Shown here: positions 39,886 through 48,961 of the stretch, one piece after another | Layout of the letters: the number at the start of each line of letters is the position of its first letter | How positions within the stretch are numbered: position 1 is the first letter of the stretch | Assembly (NCBI GenBank): GCA_030018275.1 | Contig: JASEGB010000008.1 | Span: 6,353-70,352, forward strand | DNA from: Actinomycetota bacterium | Lineage (GTDB): Bacteria > Actinomycetota > Aquicultoria > Subteraquimicrobiales > Subteraquimicrobiaceae | Direction of reading: 5' to 3' | DNA: 64,000 bases | Made by a program: the position numbers and the translations under genes | Notes under the pieces: model-generated | The model's database searches: none | The model's input: the letters and a program-made list of their open reading frames with translations, nothing else | What the model was told of the DNA's origin: nothing

Positions 39886-40731
39886 ATGGGGGGGCGAGCA
39901 AGAGATCAAGTAAAAGGAGATATTGCAAAAAGCACATTTTTCTGGAATTTATATGGGATATGTTATGATGGCATAAATATCGCTATGCCCTATCGCAAAC
40001 TCCTTTTTGATGCATATATAAACCTTGATATCCGGCCAGGACACAAAATTTTAGATGCGGGCTGTGGAACAGGTAATTTCGAAAGATTCATCTCGAGTAG
40101 AAACATTCCTCCTATCGAAATAGAAGCAGTAGACTTCTCACCTATTATGTTGTCTCGTGCGAGGAAGAAATGCAAGGATTTAAAGTTTGTTAATTTTGCT
40201 TTAGTGAACTTAGATGGAAAGTTACCTTATCCAGATGATACGTTTGATCGCATACTTTGTATAAATGTCCTCTATGCTTTAGAGAATCCACAAAATACCA
40301 TTTGTGAATTTATTCGTGTACTTAAACCAGAAGGAAAGATGGTTCTTACAAATCCAAAACCTGATTCTCGATTCGCACCACTTATTCAAGATCATTTTAA
40401 GAGGATTGGAAATATTTGGGGATTCTCTCGAAAAGCAGGGGTTCTAGCAAAAACACTACTAATGTTATCCACCATTGGTCTTATCCCAATTCTAATAAAT
40501 GTATTTATAATCGATAAAAAGGGAAGAAAGCAGGAATATCACTTTCTACCAGAAGAGGAATTTGTAACAGTATTTAAACAAAATGGTTTCGGGGGCATCG
40601 AAATAGAACCCGCTTATGCGGATCAAAATTTGTTTATAGTAGTGGCGGAAATCATTCCTCAAGAAACGAGGATGCAGTCCATTAATTTTGAATCGATGGA
40701 ATTTCCATCCAAACGCTCATCGAGGTCTTAA
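39886..40731 (+). CDS. Class I SAM-dependent methyltransferase with C-terminal hydrophobic segment
   Basis: ILDAGCGTG, AVDFS, FDRILCINVLY, LKPEG; GVLAKTLLMLSTIGLIPILINVFII. Confidence 0.9.
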   Translation: MGGRARDQVKGDIAKSTFFWNLYGICYDGINIAMPYRKLLFDAYINLDIRPGHKILDAGCGTGNFERFISSRNIPPIEIEAVDFSPIMLSRARKKCKDLKFVNFALVNLDGKLPYPDDTFDRILCINVLYALENPQNTICEFIRVLKPEGKMVLTNPKPDSRFAPLIQDHFKRIGNIWGFSRKAGVLAKTLLMLSTIGLIPILINVFIIDKKGRKQEYHFLPEEEFVTVFKQNGFGGIEIEPAYADQNLFIVVAEIIPQETRMQSINFESMEFPSKRSSRS

Positions 40732-40815
40732 GATATAATTCTCGGTAGTTAGATTTCATACCTTTTTCTTCTAAGAATTTGTTTGCGATAACTACTTGGA
40801 AGGGGAGTTATATTA

Positions 40816-42324
40816 ATGTCAAAATTTGGAGGTTTAATGCAAAATTTAATAATGGTTAATCCCAAAAGAGTAAACTTGTTCCTTTCAAATGCTCCTGCAA
40901 AGCTTTTAGAAAAGCTAGGAAGGAAAAATGCTTTAGCAGTATTCCGTGAGGCAGCTCAAAAGGTATCAGCCTACCAATATTTTCTCGAAGAGCACAGTAT
41001 TGATCCTAGGAAAATAAAGTACTGGGAGGAAATTCCTCTTACAGACAAGGAGAATTATTTTAGGAAATACCCATTTGAGGAACTCTGTTTAGAACCCTTG
41101 GGTATGATGGACATTATTTACCGTAGCTCGGGAAATTCAGGACAACCATTTTACTGGCCGCAGTTAGCGAGTAAGGACAAAATGATACCTGCATACTTTG
41201 ATCTTTATTACAACTATCTTCTTGATCTGAGGCATTCAACACTGATTGTCAACGTTCTCGCTATGGGTACGTGGGTTGCTGGAATCACAATCACAACAAA
41301 TCTAAAACAAATAGCATTAAAGGACGATTATAAACTAACTATTGTTTCCCCCGGGTCTGATATTAAAAGTGCTTTAGAACTAATTGAGAGATTCGGTAAG
41401 CTATACGACCAAATCTTAATAATTGGCTACCCGCCTTTTACTGAACATCTTATATCAAAAGGAGAGGAAACAGGGATCAAGTGGCAAGAAATGCGGATAA
41501 GAATTCAAACGGGGGGTGAGCCATTCACAGAAGCTTGGCGTGAGAAAGTTAAGGAAAGATTAGGGATAGCTAAGGATGATCTTCTTGGAGTAACTAGTGT
41601 TTTTGGTTCATCTGATACTGGCTCTGGAATGGTTGGTTTTGAAACCGCACTCACTATCTTAATTAAAAAGCTGGCTTCCCAAAATGAGAAGTTATGCGTA
41701 GAACTATTCAAAGGCATCCGATTGCCGACTTTAATGCAGTTTGTACCCATGAGCTACTTTATAGAGGAAATTGATGGTGAGATTGTGCTTACCGCCAAGA
41801 GTGGTATTCCATTAGTCCGCTACAATATTCATGACCGAGGAGGAGTGGTTTCCTTTGACAAAATGGTAGAAATACTTCACTTGCATGGGTACGATGTAAT
41901 CTCACTTCTTTCTCAAATGGGATACAAAACTATCTGGCGTCTGCCTTTCTTTTACTGCTTCGGTCGGAGAGACGCTGTTTCAATCGATGGTGCTAATATC
42001 TATGCCGAAGATATCCAGGAGGCTATTTCAGAAAAGGCAATAAAAGAAATCAATAATTTTAAGCTATCAATTGAGGAAGGTGAAAAACAAAATATGCGCT
42101 TTATAATTTTTGTGGAGTTGAGAGAAGGTATAGAACCGAAAGATGAAATGGTAAAGTTATATCATAATATTTTCTTAGAAAAGCTCCTGGAATTGAACGA
42201 TGATTTTCGTAAATCGTACCAAGATAATCCCCAATCTTGCGATCCTTTAATTAAGATTTATAAGCTTGGTCAAGGACCATTTGCTGAAGATGTTGGGAGA
42301 ATTAAACAAAAACGCATCATTTGA
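40816..42324 (+). CDS. Phenylacetate-CoA-ligase-like (ANL) adenylating enzyme
   Basis: RSSGNSG P-loop variant, IGYPP, GGE, FGSSDTG, PLVRYNIHD, GRRD..GANIY, C-terminal Lys. Confidence 0.85.
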   Translation: MSKFGGLMQNLIMVNPKRVNLFLSNAPAKLLEKLGRKNALAVFREAAQKVSAYQYFLEEHSIDPRKIKYWEEIPLTDKENYFRKYPFEELCLEPLGMMDIIYRSSGNSGQPFYWPQLASKDKMIPAYFDLYYNYLLDLRHSTLIVNVLAMGTWVAGITITTNLKQIALKDDYKLTIVSPGSDIKSALELIERFGKLYDQILIIGYPPFTEHLISKGEETGIKWQEMRIRIQTGGEPFTEAWREKVKERLGIAKDDLLGVTSVFGSSDTGSGMVGFETALTILIKKLASQNEKLCVELFKGIRLPTLMQFVPMSYFIEEIDGEIVLTAKSGIPLVRYNIHDRGGVVSFDKMVEILHLHGYDVISLLSQMGYKTIWRLPFFYCFGRRDAVSIDGANIYAEDIQEAISEKAIKEINNFKLSIEEGEKQNMRFIIFVELREGIEPKDEMVKLYHNIFLEKLLELNDDFRKSYQDNPQSCDPLIKIYKLGQGPFAEDVGRIKQKRII

Positions 42325-42461
42325 TAAAAATGAACGAGTTTTGTGACGAAATCCCTCTCACCCTCCCGCTTTATGGCTTTCTCAAATTTAAGCAACCCCT
42401 AAAGTACCTGACAATTGATACCGATAATTAATGTGATAATTGCGAAAGGAGGATTTCAAAG

Positions 42462-44951
42462 TTGCCTCTTCCTTTTTTTCATTTATGTATTTTATGCGCA
42501 ATAATAATCTCCATTGTGATTATGGGATCATTTGTCTATTTCAGAGATAGGAGAAGTAGTACCCACAGAGCTTTTGCTGCTCTGACGCTTAGCATTACCA
42601 TTTGGATATTATCTCTCTATATATCTGATCTACATCTGAGTTATAGCGCAGCACTTTTGTGGAATCGTATAGTAATGGCCGCAGGTGTTTCAATGGGAAT
42701 GACCATATTTCATTTTTCTATGGTTTTCCCAGAAAGGAAAGTTTGGCTCCCTCCATGGTATAAGTTTGGAAACTTTTTTATCGGCTTTCTTTTTATCCTG
42801 GCAACCCTTTTCACTGATTTAGTTGTCAAGGAAATCCAATACTTTAACTGGGGCATTAATATTGCTTCTGGATACTTATTCATACCTGTGCTGATTTGGG
42901 CTTCGAGTATTGTTGGAGCTACTTTTATTAATTTTGGCATAAAATTTTTCAAGTTCCAGGGGATAAGAAAAATTCAACTTTTGTATTTATTTGCTGGTTT
43001 TTTCTTTTTTCTTGGAATCGGGATGATAACTAATCTAATTCTCCCAGTAATAACTGGCATGAATCCTCTGGCTAAGTTTGGTCCTTATTTCGTTGTATTT
43101 TTAGTAGGTTTCACTGCTTATGCGATTGTTAAGTATCGTCTCATGGATATTAGGTTGGTTGTGGCCAGAAGTGTGGTTTACTCACTATTAGTTCTAGCTA
43201 TAGGTGCCATTTACATTTCAATAATCTTCTTCCTAAAGCGCGGTTATGAAACCACTTTGCACATTAATCGAGACACATTGTTTATCATTGCTGGATTTGC
43301 AGTTGCCTTTGGATTCCAGCCTCTGCGAAGGTTTCTGCAGAAATATACGGATAAAATCTTCTTCAAGGAAATGTATGATCCCCAAGAGCTATTGGGCAAG
43401 CTGAGTAAAATAATGAGTTCCACATTGAAGCTCGATGACCTGCTAAATTCGATGTTGAAGATGATTGTAAGTGAGATGAGGATAGGCAAAGCAGCTTTTG
43501 TCCTAACGAGTAATGGAGATATCATCCATGTAAAAACGATTGGATACGGAAGAATATTGAATTCCTCCTGGAGGAAAGTAGCCAGTTTGATTAAAGACAA
43601 AGAGATAATTGTGGCCGATGAATTAATGGAAGAGTCTAAGGAAAAGGATATCCTGAGGGAATTGGAAATAGCCGTTTTGGTTCCCTTACAAGCGGAAAGT
43701 AACCTCATCGGGGTATTAGTACTGGGTGAAAAGCGATCGGGGGATATGTTCACCATTCAAGATTTGAAATTCTTGGGGGTTTTAGCTCCTGAAGTGGCAG
43801 TTGCCATAAAGAATGCGGAGCTATTTGAAGAGAAAGAGAAAAGGATTTTAGAGCTCAGCGCCCTTAATAAGCTGGCTTTTTCATTGGGTGCGGAGTTGGA
43901 TATAAAGGATATTTTGAATCAAGCTATTGATCAAGCACTTCTTGTAACCGGAGCGGATTCAGGTTCAATAATGCTTCTAGACGAAGAGACGCAGACGCTC
44001 ACTATTAAAGCAGCTCGAGGCATTGAGCCCCAATTCCAGAGAAAGACAAGGTTGAAGGTTGGTCAAGGGATCGCTGGTTGGGTAGTGAAGGCGAGTGAGC
44101 CCCTGATCATAACGGACACGGAAGATGGGCGCTTTAAAGAGCTCTTGCGACGCGATGAGATTATATCCGCCCTTTCCGTTCCCCTTAAAGCCAAAGAAAA
44201 GGTCATCGGAGTCTTAAGTGTAAATCGTAAAACTTCTAAAGAACCCTTCACCAAGGAAAATCTGAATCTGATTTCTTCATTTGCTGCCCAGGTGGCTGTA
44301 GCTATCGAAAATGCGAGGTTATACAAGGATTTGGAGATGACCTTCTTGGGTGCCATCTCCGCCCTAGCTGCTGCGGTGGAAGCGAAGGATCATTATACCT
44401 TCGGACACTCACAGGTGGTTACAAGGTACGCCATAGCCATTGCCAAGGAGCTTTCCTTACCCGAGAGCGAGATCGAAAGCATTCGGATTGCGAGTATGCT
44501 CCATGATATCGGCAAGATAGGGTTGGATGGTACTATTCTGAATAAACCGGGTAAATTAACTCCCGAGGAAAGAGCCCTGGTCAATCTACATCCCCTCATA
44601 GGTGTCAACATCCTCAAATCATTGGAGTTCTTGAAAGGGGCAATACCACTCATCCTTTATCACCATGAACATTTCGATGGTATGGGTTACCCAGAAGGAA
44701 TAGCTGGAAAAGCAATTCCTCTAGGAGCGCGGATTATTGCTGTGGCTGACGCTTTCAATGCGATGGTTTCAGAACGTCCCTATCGCTCCGCACTAAGTAT
44801 TGAGGAAGCAATCGAAGAACTTAGAAATTACTCAGGTACCCAATTTGATCCTACCGTAGTCGAGGCATTTTTGAGGATACTGCGAAGAGAATCAAGCGAA
44901 CCCCCTGAAATGTATCTAAAGACTACTACCGACTCCTCACCCCCAACTTAG
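42462..44951 (+). CDS. Membrane sensor: 7TM (HisKA_7TM-like) - GAF - GAF - HD-GYP phosphodiesterase
   Basis: ~7 hydrophobic helices ending YAIVKYRLMDI; two GAF-like repeats (VPL..GVL, AIENA); HDIGK, HHE..DG.GYP, AVADAF; TTG start after AAAGGAGG. Confidence 0.9.
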   Translation: MPLPFFHLCILCAIIISIVIMGSFVYFRDRRSSTHRAFAALTLSITIWILSLYISDLHLSYSAALLWNRIVMAAGVSMGMTIFHFSMVFPERKVWLPPWYKFGNFFIGFLFILATLFTDLVVKEIQYFNWGINIASGYLFIPVLIWASSIVGATFINFGIKFFKFQGIRKIQLLYLFAGFFFFLGIGMITNLILPVITGMNPLAKFGPYFVVFLVGFTAYAIVKYRLMDIRLVVARSVVYSLLVLAIGAIYISIIFFLKRGYETTLHINRDTLFIIAGFAVAFGFQPLRRFLQKYTDKIFFKEMYDPQELLGKLSKIMSSTLKLDDLLNSMLKMIVSEMRIGKAAFVLTSNGDIIHVKTIGYGRILNSSWRKVASLIKDKEIIVADELMEESKEKDILRELEIAVLVPLQAESNLIGVLVLGEKRSGDMFTIQDLKFLGVLAPEVAVAIKNAELFEEKEKRILELSALNKLAFSLGAELDIKDILNQAIDQALLVTGADSGSIMLLDEETQTLTIKAARGIEPQFQRKTRLKVGQGIAGWVVKASEPLIITDTEDGRFKELLRRDEIISALSVPLKAKEKVIGVLSVNRKTSKEPFTKENLNLISSFAAQVAVAIENARLYKDLEMTFLGAISALAAAVEAKDHYTFGHSQVVTRYAIAIAKELSLPESEIESIRIASMLHDIGKIGLDGTILNKPGKLTPEERALVNLHPLIGVNILKSLEFLKGAIPLILYHHEHFDGMGYPEGIAGKAIPLGARIIAVADAFNAMVSERPYRSALSIEEAIEELRNYSGTQFDPTVVEAFLRILRRESSEPPEMYLKTTTDSSPPT

Positions 44952-44953
44952 AA

Positions 44954-44978
44954 TGGTGCGCTTGGCGGGATTTGAACC
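44954..44978 (-). repeat. 25-bp duplicate of the tRNA-Arg 3' end (att-like)
   Basis: TGGTGCGCTTGGCGGGATTTGAACC identical to 45153-45177. Confidence 0.9.
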
Positions 44979-45152
44979 ACGCTCCAGTCGCTTCGCTCCT
45001 TCCAGGGCTCCGCCCCTAGGACGCCCCCGATGAAATCGGGAGGCTGCCCCAAATGCTTGCCCGTACGGGCAAACCCCCTAGTCACGGTTTCAAATCTGCG
45101 GCAGTTTACAAGATTTACAACCATTTGGAATGAGCGATCAATTAACGTTACT

Positions 45153-45228
45153 TGGTGCGCTTGGCGGGATTTGAACCCGCGACCTTGGGATCCGGAGTCC
45201 CACGCTCTATCCCCTGAGCTACAAGCGC
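45153..45228 (-). tRNA. tRNA-Arg(CCG)
   Basis: GCGCTTG acceptor, TGGGA-CTCCGGA-TCCCA anticodon arm, GGTTCAAATCC, encoded CCA. Confidence 0.97.
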
Positions 45229-45256
45229 AAAATTTATACTCTATCTAATCCAAATC

Positions 45257-45282
45257 AAACGGGTCTAAAGACCCGTTTCTAC
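45257..45282 (-). repeat. GTAG-type REP
   Basis: GTAG-AAACGGGTCT-TT-AGACCCGTTT. Confidence 0.75.
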
Positions 45283-45293
45283 TTTTTTGGGAA

Positions 45294-45575
45294 CTAGTAA
45301 TATCTTATATAAAAGGAGTCAAATTCGCCAGTGTAATCTTCCCACTGAACATCAATATTTCTGACATGAGCTTCGGGTGGACCTATATGACACCAGTCCA
45401 CCATCCTGCGAACTTTATCCTCCTCCCCTTCAAAAACAGCTTCCACTCGGCCATCAGAGCAATTTCTCACCCAACCCGCTACATCGAGCTTTTCAGCCTG
45501 GTGACAAGTATAAGAGCGAAAGAAAACACCTTGAACTCTGCCTTCTATCAGAACATGGGCGCGAACTTTTGACAT
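45294..45575 (-). CDS. acyP: Acylphosphatase
   Basis: GRVQGVFFR, GWVRN..DG.VE. Confidence 0.95.
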   Translation of the reverse strand: MSKVRAHVLIEGRVQGVFFRSYTCHQAEKLDVAGWVRNCSDGRVEAVFEGEEDKVRRMVDWCHIGPPEAHVRNIDVQWEDYTGEFDSFYIRYY

Positions 45576-45612
45576 TTTCTTTATCCATCAATTGGTAAAA
45601 GTCTGTTCTTTT

Positions 45613-45672
45613 AAACAGGTCTAAAGACCTGTTTCTACATAAAATAATTGGAGTCTAAAGACCTATTTCTAC
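45613..45672 (-). repeat. Two GTAG-type REP copies
   Basis: GTAG-AAACAGGTCT-TT-AGACCTGTTT (45613-45638) and a degenerate copy (45647-45672). Confidence 0.75.
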
Positions 45673-45695
45673 TTTTTGGGAGAACTAGACTATCG

Positions 45696-46235
45696 TCAGT
45701 GGATGCGTTTCAAGAAGGGTTCTATGTATCTACGCTGCACGGGGTCGACTGATTGCTCCAATAGGACCAAGACAATGTATCGAGGTTCAAAGGGAGTGGC
45801 CTTGGGATACATTTTAGCCTCATATGGAAGCCTATTTCCCTTCAAATAATTGCAAGCTGAGCAAGCAGTGGTTACATTATCCCAGGTATCTGTACCACCT
45901 TTGCAGAGGGGTTTTACGTGCTCTCGAGTTAAATACTCCCCCTTTCTAAATTCACTTTTATGACGTCCACAATATTGGCAGGTATAGTGATCCCGGGCAA
46001 AAAGTATGGAATTGGTAACTATTCCGCGAAGCCTGCGGGGAATTTCCACATATTTAATTAATCTAATCACCAGTGGGTATGGATACTCACGTTTTTCAGA
46101 GCGAATACGCTTCTCCACATGTTCCTCTATAACCTCTGCTTTTTCTTTAAGCACCAGAATTATTGCCCGTCTAACTGGTACAAAAGTGAGGGGCTCCGCA
46201 CTGGCGTTTAAAATTAAAGTTTTCCCCACAATCAC
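45696..46235 (-). CDS. HNH endonuclease
   Basis: LILNAS.EPL, RD..TCQYCG, EHV.P..GG..W.N.TTAC..CN..K. Confidence 0.9.
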   Translation of the reverse strand: MIVGKTLILNASAEPLTFVPVRRAIILVLKEKAEVIEEHVEKRIRSEKREYPYPLVIRLIKYVEIPRRLRGIVTNSILFARDHYTCQYCGRHKSEFRKGEYLTREHVKPLCKGGTDTWDNVTTACSACNYLKGNRLPYEAKMYPKATPFEPRYIVLVLLEQSVDPVQRRYIEPFLKRIH

Positions 46236-46340
46236 CTTTAAGCTCCTTTTTATTTTTCTCTATAATAGCATCCCAAAACTTGTCAAGTTCTCGAGTCATC
46301 TCTTCCCCATCCTCTAGATGAGATGATATTAAGACTGAAT

Positions 46341-46601
46341 CTAAGACTGGGTCTTTTCCTTGAATTCCTTTATTCTATTGAGTAAATCTTCTTTAAAATA
46401 TATATGACCCAGTCCCGTTATCCTTCTCTTGGCTATTTGGGATTGGGATACTATTACATATCGCCAGTTCCCAGTGGTGGAAGAATATATGGTAGTCACC
46501 ACTTTATCGCCCCTGAGTTCTGTGAGCATTTTCTGTAAACATTCAACATCCTCTGTTTTATGAACCGGTTTGCCATCCCTGGGCTTGAAATATTTTTTCA
46601 T
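46341..46601 (-). CDS. Hypothetical protein
   Basis: 86-aa ORF with AAGGTG RBS, co-oriented with HNH. Confidence 0.55.
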   Translation of the reverse strand: MKKYFKPRDGKPVHKTEDVECLQKMLTELRGDKVVTTIYSSTTGNWRYVIVSQSQIAKRRITGLGHIYFKEDLLNRIKEFKEKTQS

Positions 46602-46733
46602 CAGCCATCACCTTATTTAACTTTATCATTAACTAACGAAATACCTCAAGACATCCCACGGCGATATTAAAGCTCTTTTTCTCCAATGCCGAGTAAATGT
46701 TTGAAATGAGGAACTATTTGGGAGGGATGGGAA

Positions 46734-47411
46734 ATGGATGCATCAAAAAACAATGAAGGCTATGAAGTTTTGGAACTCTTTGGTATTAAATTAAAGGTCA
46801 AAAATCCGCGAATTGCGAAAATTCTGACTATGGATGCCAAAGAGGTGCTAACCGAGGACATTCGAGTGCTTAGGAAAAAATTAGCTGAGCCAGATCGAGA
46901 GGAATCGGGATTTGAGGAGATACCATCGATTTCGGAGATAGAGTCCCACAGCGTTTACCGAAAGGTCATCAATTCCATAGGCAAAAGGTTGGAATTCGAT
47001 GTGAATTTGGGTGATCTATGGAGATCAACTACCGGGATGACCATCATCGTGAAGGCAATAAAGGACGGTCTCAATTTCAATCAGGCCCGTAAGTATGTAA
47101 GTGAGCTTGCTACTCAGCAAAGCAGAATAAGAAATGAGAATGCCGGGTTGTTCATAGTCGGCGATAATATCAGTTGCGATATCTTAAAAGCGGCTATCCG
47201 CAGTCAGAACTTATATCATTTGATGCGAGTGATTTCCTATGAAAATTTCAACCAAATTTTGCAACTAAAGGAAGGAGGGTACCTCAATCATAAAGGTGTA
47301 GTAACATTGATGGTACCGTTGGATAATATAGATGTGGGAGAATTAATAAATGTGATAAAAGCGGCTGCTGCACCAGCAAAATTGGAAAAATATTTCGCCA
47401 AAAGAAAGTGA
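46734..47411 (+). CDS. Hypothetical protein, possible degenerate restriction-endonuclease fold
   Basis: GGGAGG RBS; D.WRS.TG.TI.V, LFIVG, RVIS...L.LKE pattern lacking the ExK residues. Confidence 0.5.
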   Translation: MDASKNNEGYEVLELFGIKLKVKNPRIAKILTMDAKEVLTEDIRVLRKKLAEPDREESGFEEIPSISEIESHSVYRKVINSIGKRLEFDVNLGDLWRSTTGMTIIVKAIKDGLNFNQARKYVSELATQQSRIRNENAGLFIVGDNISCDILKAAIRSQNLYHLMRVISYENFNQILQLKEGGYLNHKGVVTLMVPLDNIDVGELINVIKAAAAPAKLEKYFAKRK

Positions 47412-47412
47412 T

Positions 47413-47937
47413 TTAATGAGCCAGAGCTTTTGCCAATGCTTCCCCAAATTGCTCAGCGGCTTCCGGACCATCTGCTGTGATGATTTTCCCATCGACTTCG
47501 ACCTTGCTCGCTGTATAGTAGACACCTTTCGCCGTCAATTTACCGGCTTCTGATGGCCAAACCGTCGCCTTTTTGCTGGTTAAAACTCCAGCATTAGCTA
47601 AGGTTACTGGGGCGATGCATATTGCCCCTAGCACTTTGTCAGCTTTTACTATCGTTTGTGCAATTTCATGGGCTTGGGGATCGTGCCAGAATTCAGAAGC
47701 ACCTGAACCCCCAACGAAGATCACAGCGTCAAAATCCTTTACATCTGCTTCATCGAGAAGAATATCGGGTTCCACCCGCAAGCCAAACATGCCCATTGCT
47801 GGGGAACGCTCTGAGGAAGCTACTGAGATCTGGGCCCCACTTTTTTCGAGAATAGTCCTGGGCTTTTGATATTCCTCATCTCTAAAATCCCTGTTAGCTA
47901 TCACCATCAATATCCGTTTTCCAGCCAAATCCGGCAT
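47413..47937 (-). CDS. DJ-1/PfpI family protein
   Basis: FRDEEY, FVGG.G, GAIC.AP..LA.AG, ITADGP. Confidence 0.92.
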   Translation of the reverse strand: MPDLAGKRILMVIANRDFRDEEYQKPRTILEKSGAQISVASSERSPAMGMFGLRVEPDILLDEADVKDFDAVIFVGGSGASEFWHDPQAHEIAQTIVKADKVLGAICIAPVTLANAGVLTSKKATVWPSEAGKLTAKGVYYTASKVEVDGKIITADGPEAAEQFGEALAKALAH

Positions 47938-47955
47938 TGTCTTTAAATCCCCTCC

Positions 47956-48291
47956 TTATCTAATATCGGTTATATCAGCTGTCTTAACCTGCTCTTTCCT
48001 CTGCGCACTTACAAGCCCCTGGTATATCTCACGAAATGCTATAAATATTAATATCGATATGAGTAACCCAAGTGCGGGATCTAGGAAAACATTGAAAACA
48101 CTTAATCTGGGAGCATAGCTAACCAAAAAATTCATCAACCTTCGCAAAAACTGGACGAAGATCGCCAAGATCACAAAATCCAGAGCTTTGAATTCCGGGG
48201 GAATGAGCTTTCTTGAGAGATAGGCGTAATAAAGAGCAACAAATTGAATTACCAGGGAAACAAAGTGCACTGTTTCAATGTAAGATTTCAT
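47956..48291 (-). CDS. Small 3-TM membrane protein
   Basis: Three hydrophobic helices; GGAGGAG RBS. Confidence 0.65.
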   Translation of the reverse strand: MKSYIETVHFVSLVIQFVALYYAYLSRKLIPPEFKALDFVILAIFVQFLRRLMNFLVSYAPRLSVFNVFLDPALGLLISILIFIAFREIYQGLVSAQRKEQVKTADITDIR

Positions 48292-48458
48292 ATTGCTCCT
48301 CCCACCTTAAATTTTGATTAAATAAGTTTTAAAATTATTTAATAATACAAATTATTTCTTCAATACATGCGATTATCCTTTTTGTTTATCAAAAATTTTG
48401 GAGATGGCTTTGCGTGGTAAATAATTTTTAAAATTTTATCAATTTGTAAATAATTTCC

Positions 48459-48485
48459 TTGACTTCATCGATGGAAGGGTATAAT
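48459..48485 (+). promoter_or_regulatory. Sigma70-like promoter
   Basis: TTGACT-N15-TATAAT (spacer is short) just before a structured non-coding segment. Confidence 0.5.
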
Positions 48486-48495
48486 TTAAAAATTG

Positions 48496-48671
48496 GCTCC
48501 GGGAAGCGAGTAGGAGAAACTTCGAAAGAAGGCACTCTGAAAGTTACCCGGAGCTATTTTATATAAAAGTTAAATTAGCCGATTATTAATAATGAAGACC
48601 TGAGAGGAGTGTAAGCAACTCCGCCGAGAAGATCTCGGAATGCATTGGCTTTCAACCCTCTCAGGTCTTCA
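48496..48671 (+). ncRNA. Candidate unassigned structured RNA(s)
   Basis: Domain 1 GCTCCGGG/CCCGGAGC with CTTC-GAAA-GAAG; domain 2 perfect 15-bp stem 48593-48607/48657-48671 enclosing two hairpins. Confidence 0.45.
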
Positions 48672-48806
48672 CATGTCACAGTTAAGAAAGCTATTCTCAG
48701 TCCTGATTTTTCCTACCGCACTAAAATTTACTCGTTGTCTGCTTAACTACCATATGATATTCTAAGTGAGGATTCACTAGCGAGATCGGTTAGCACCAGA
48801 CCGAGA

Positions 48807-48881
48807 TGGGGAGTGGTCGAATGGTAAGACGCCAGACTCTGGATCTGGAGGTTGCAGGTTCGAGCCCTGCCTCCCCAGCCA
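48807..48881 (+). tRNA. tRNA-Gln(CTG)
   Basis: TGGGGAG acceptor, CCAGA-CTCTGGA-TCTGG, GGTTCGAG, CCA. Confidence 0.97.
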
Positions 48882-48884
48882 CAG

Positions 48885-48961
48885 GGCGCATTCGTCTAGT
48901 GGCCTAGGACACCGCCCTCTCAAGGCGGAGATCGCGGGTTCGACTCCCGCATGCGCCACCA
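48885..48961 (+). tRNA. tRNA-Glu(CTC)
   Basis: GGCGCAT/ATGCGCC acceptor, CCGCC-CTCTCAA-GGCGG, GGTTCGACTCC, CCA. Confidence 0.97.

Noticed and set aside
44954-45110. Second tRNA or intron-split tRNA
   Set aside because: Only the 3' 25 nt are present; no matching 5' acceptor strand, D-arm or anticodon arm.
45030-45248. 72-aa ORF, and likewise 48777-48965
   Set aside because: Both are read through tRNA genes.
48496-48554. c-di-GMP-I/II, glycine riboswitch or hammerhead ribozyme
   Set aside because: Only fragments match (GAAA tetraloop, GGCAC, CTGA); the required GACGCAAA, pseudoknot partner or CUGANGA/GAAA-UH core is missing.
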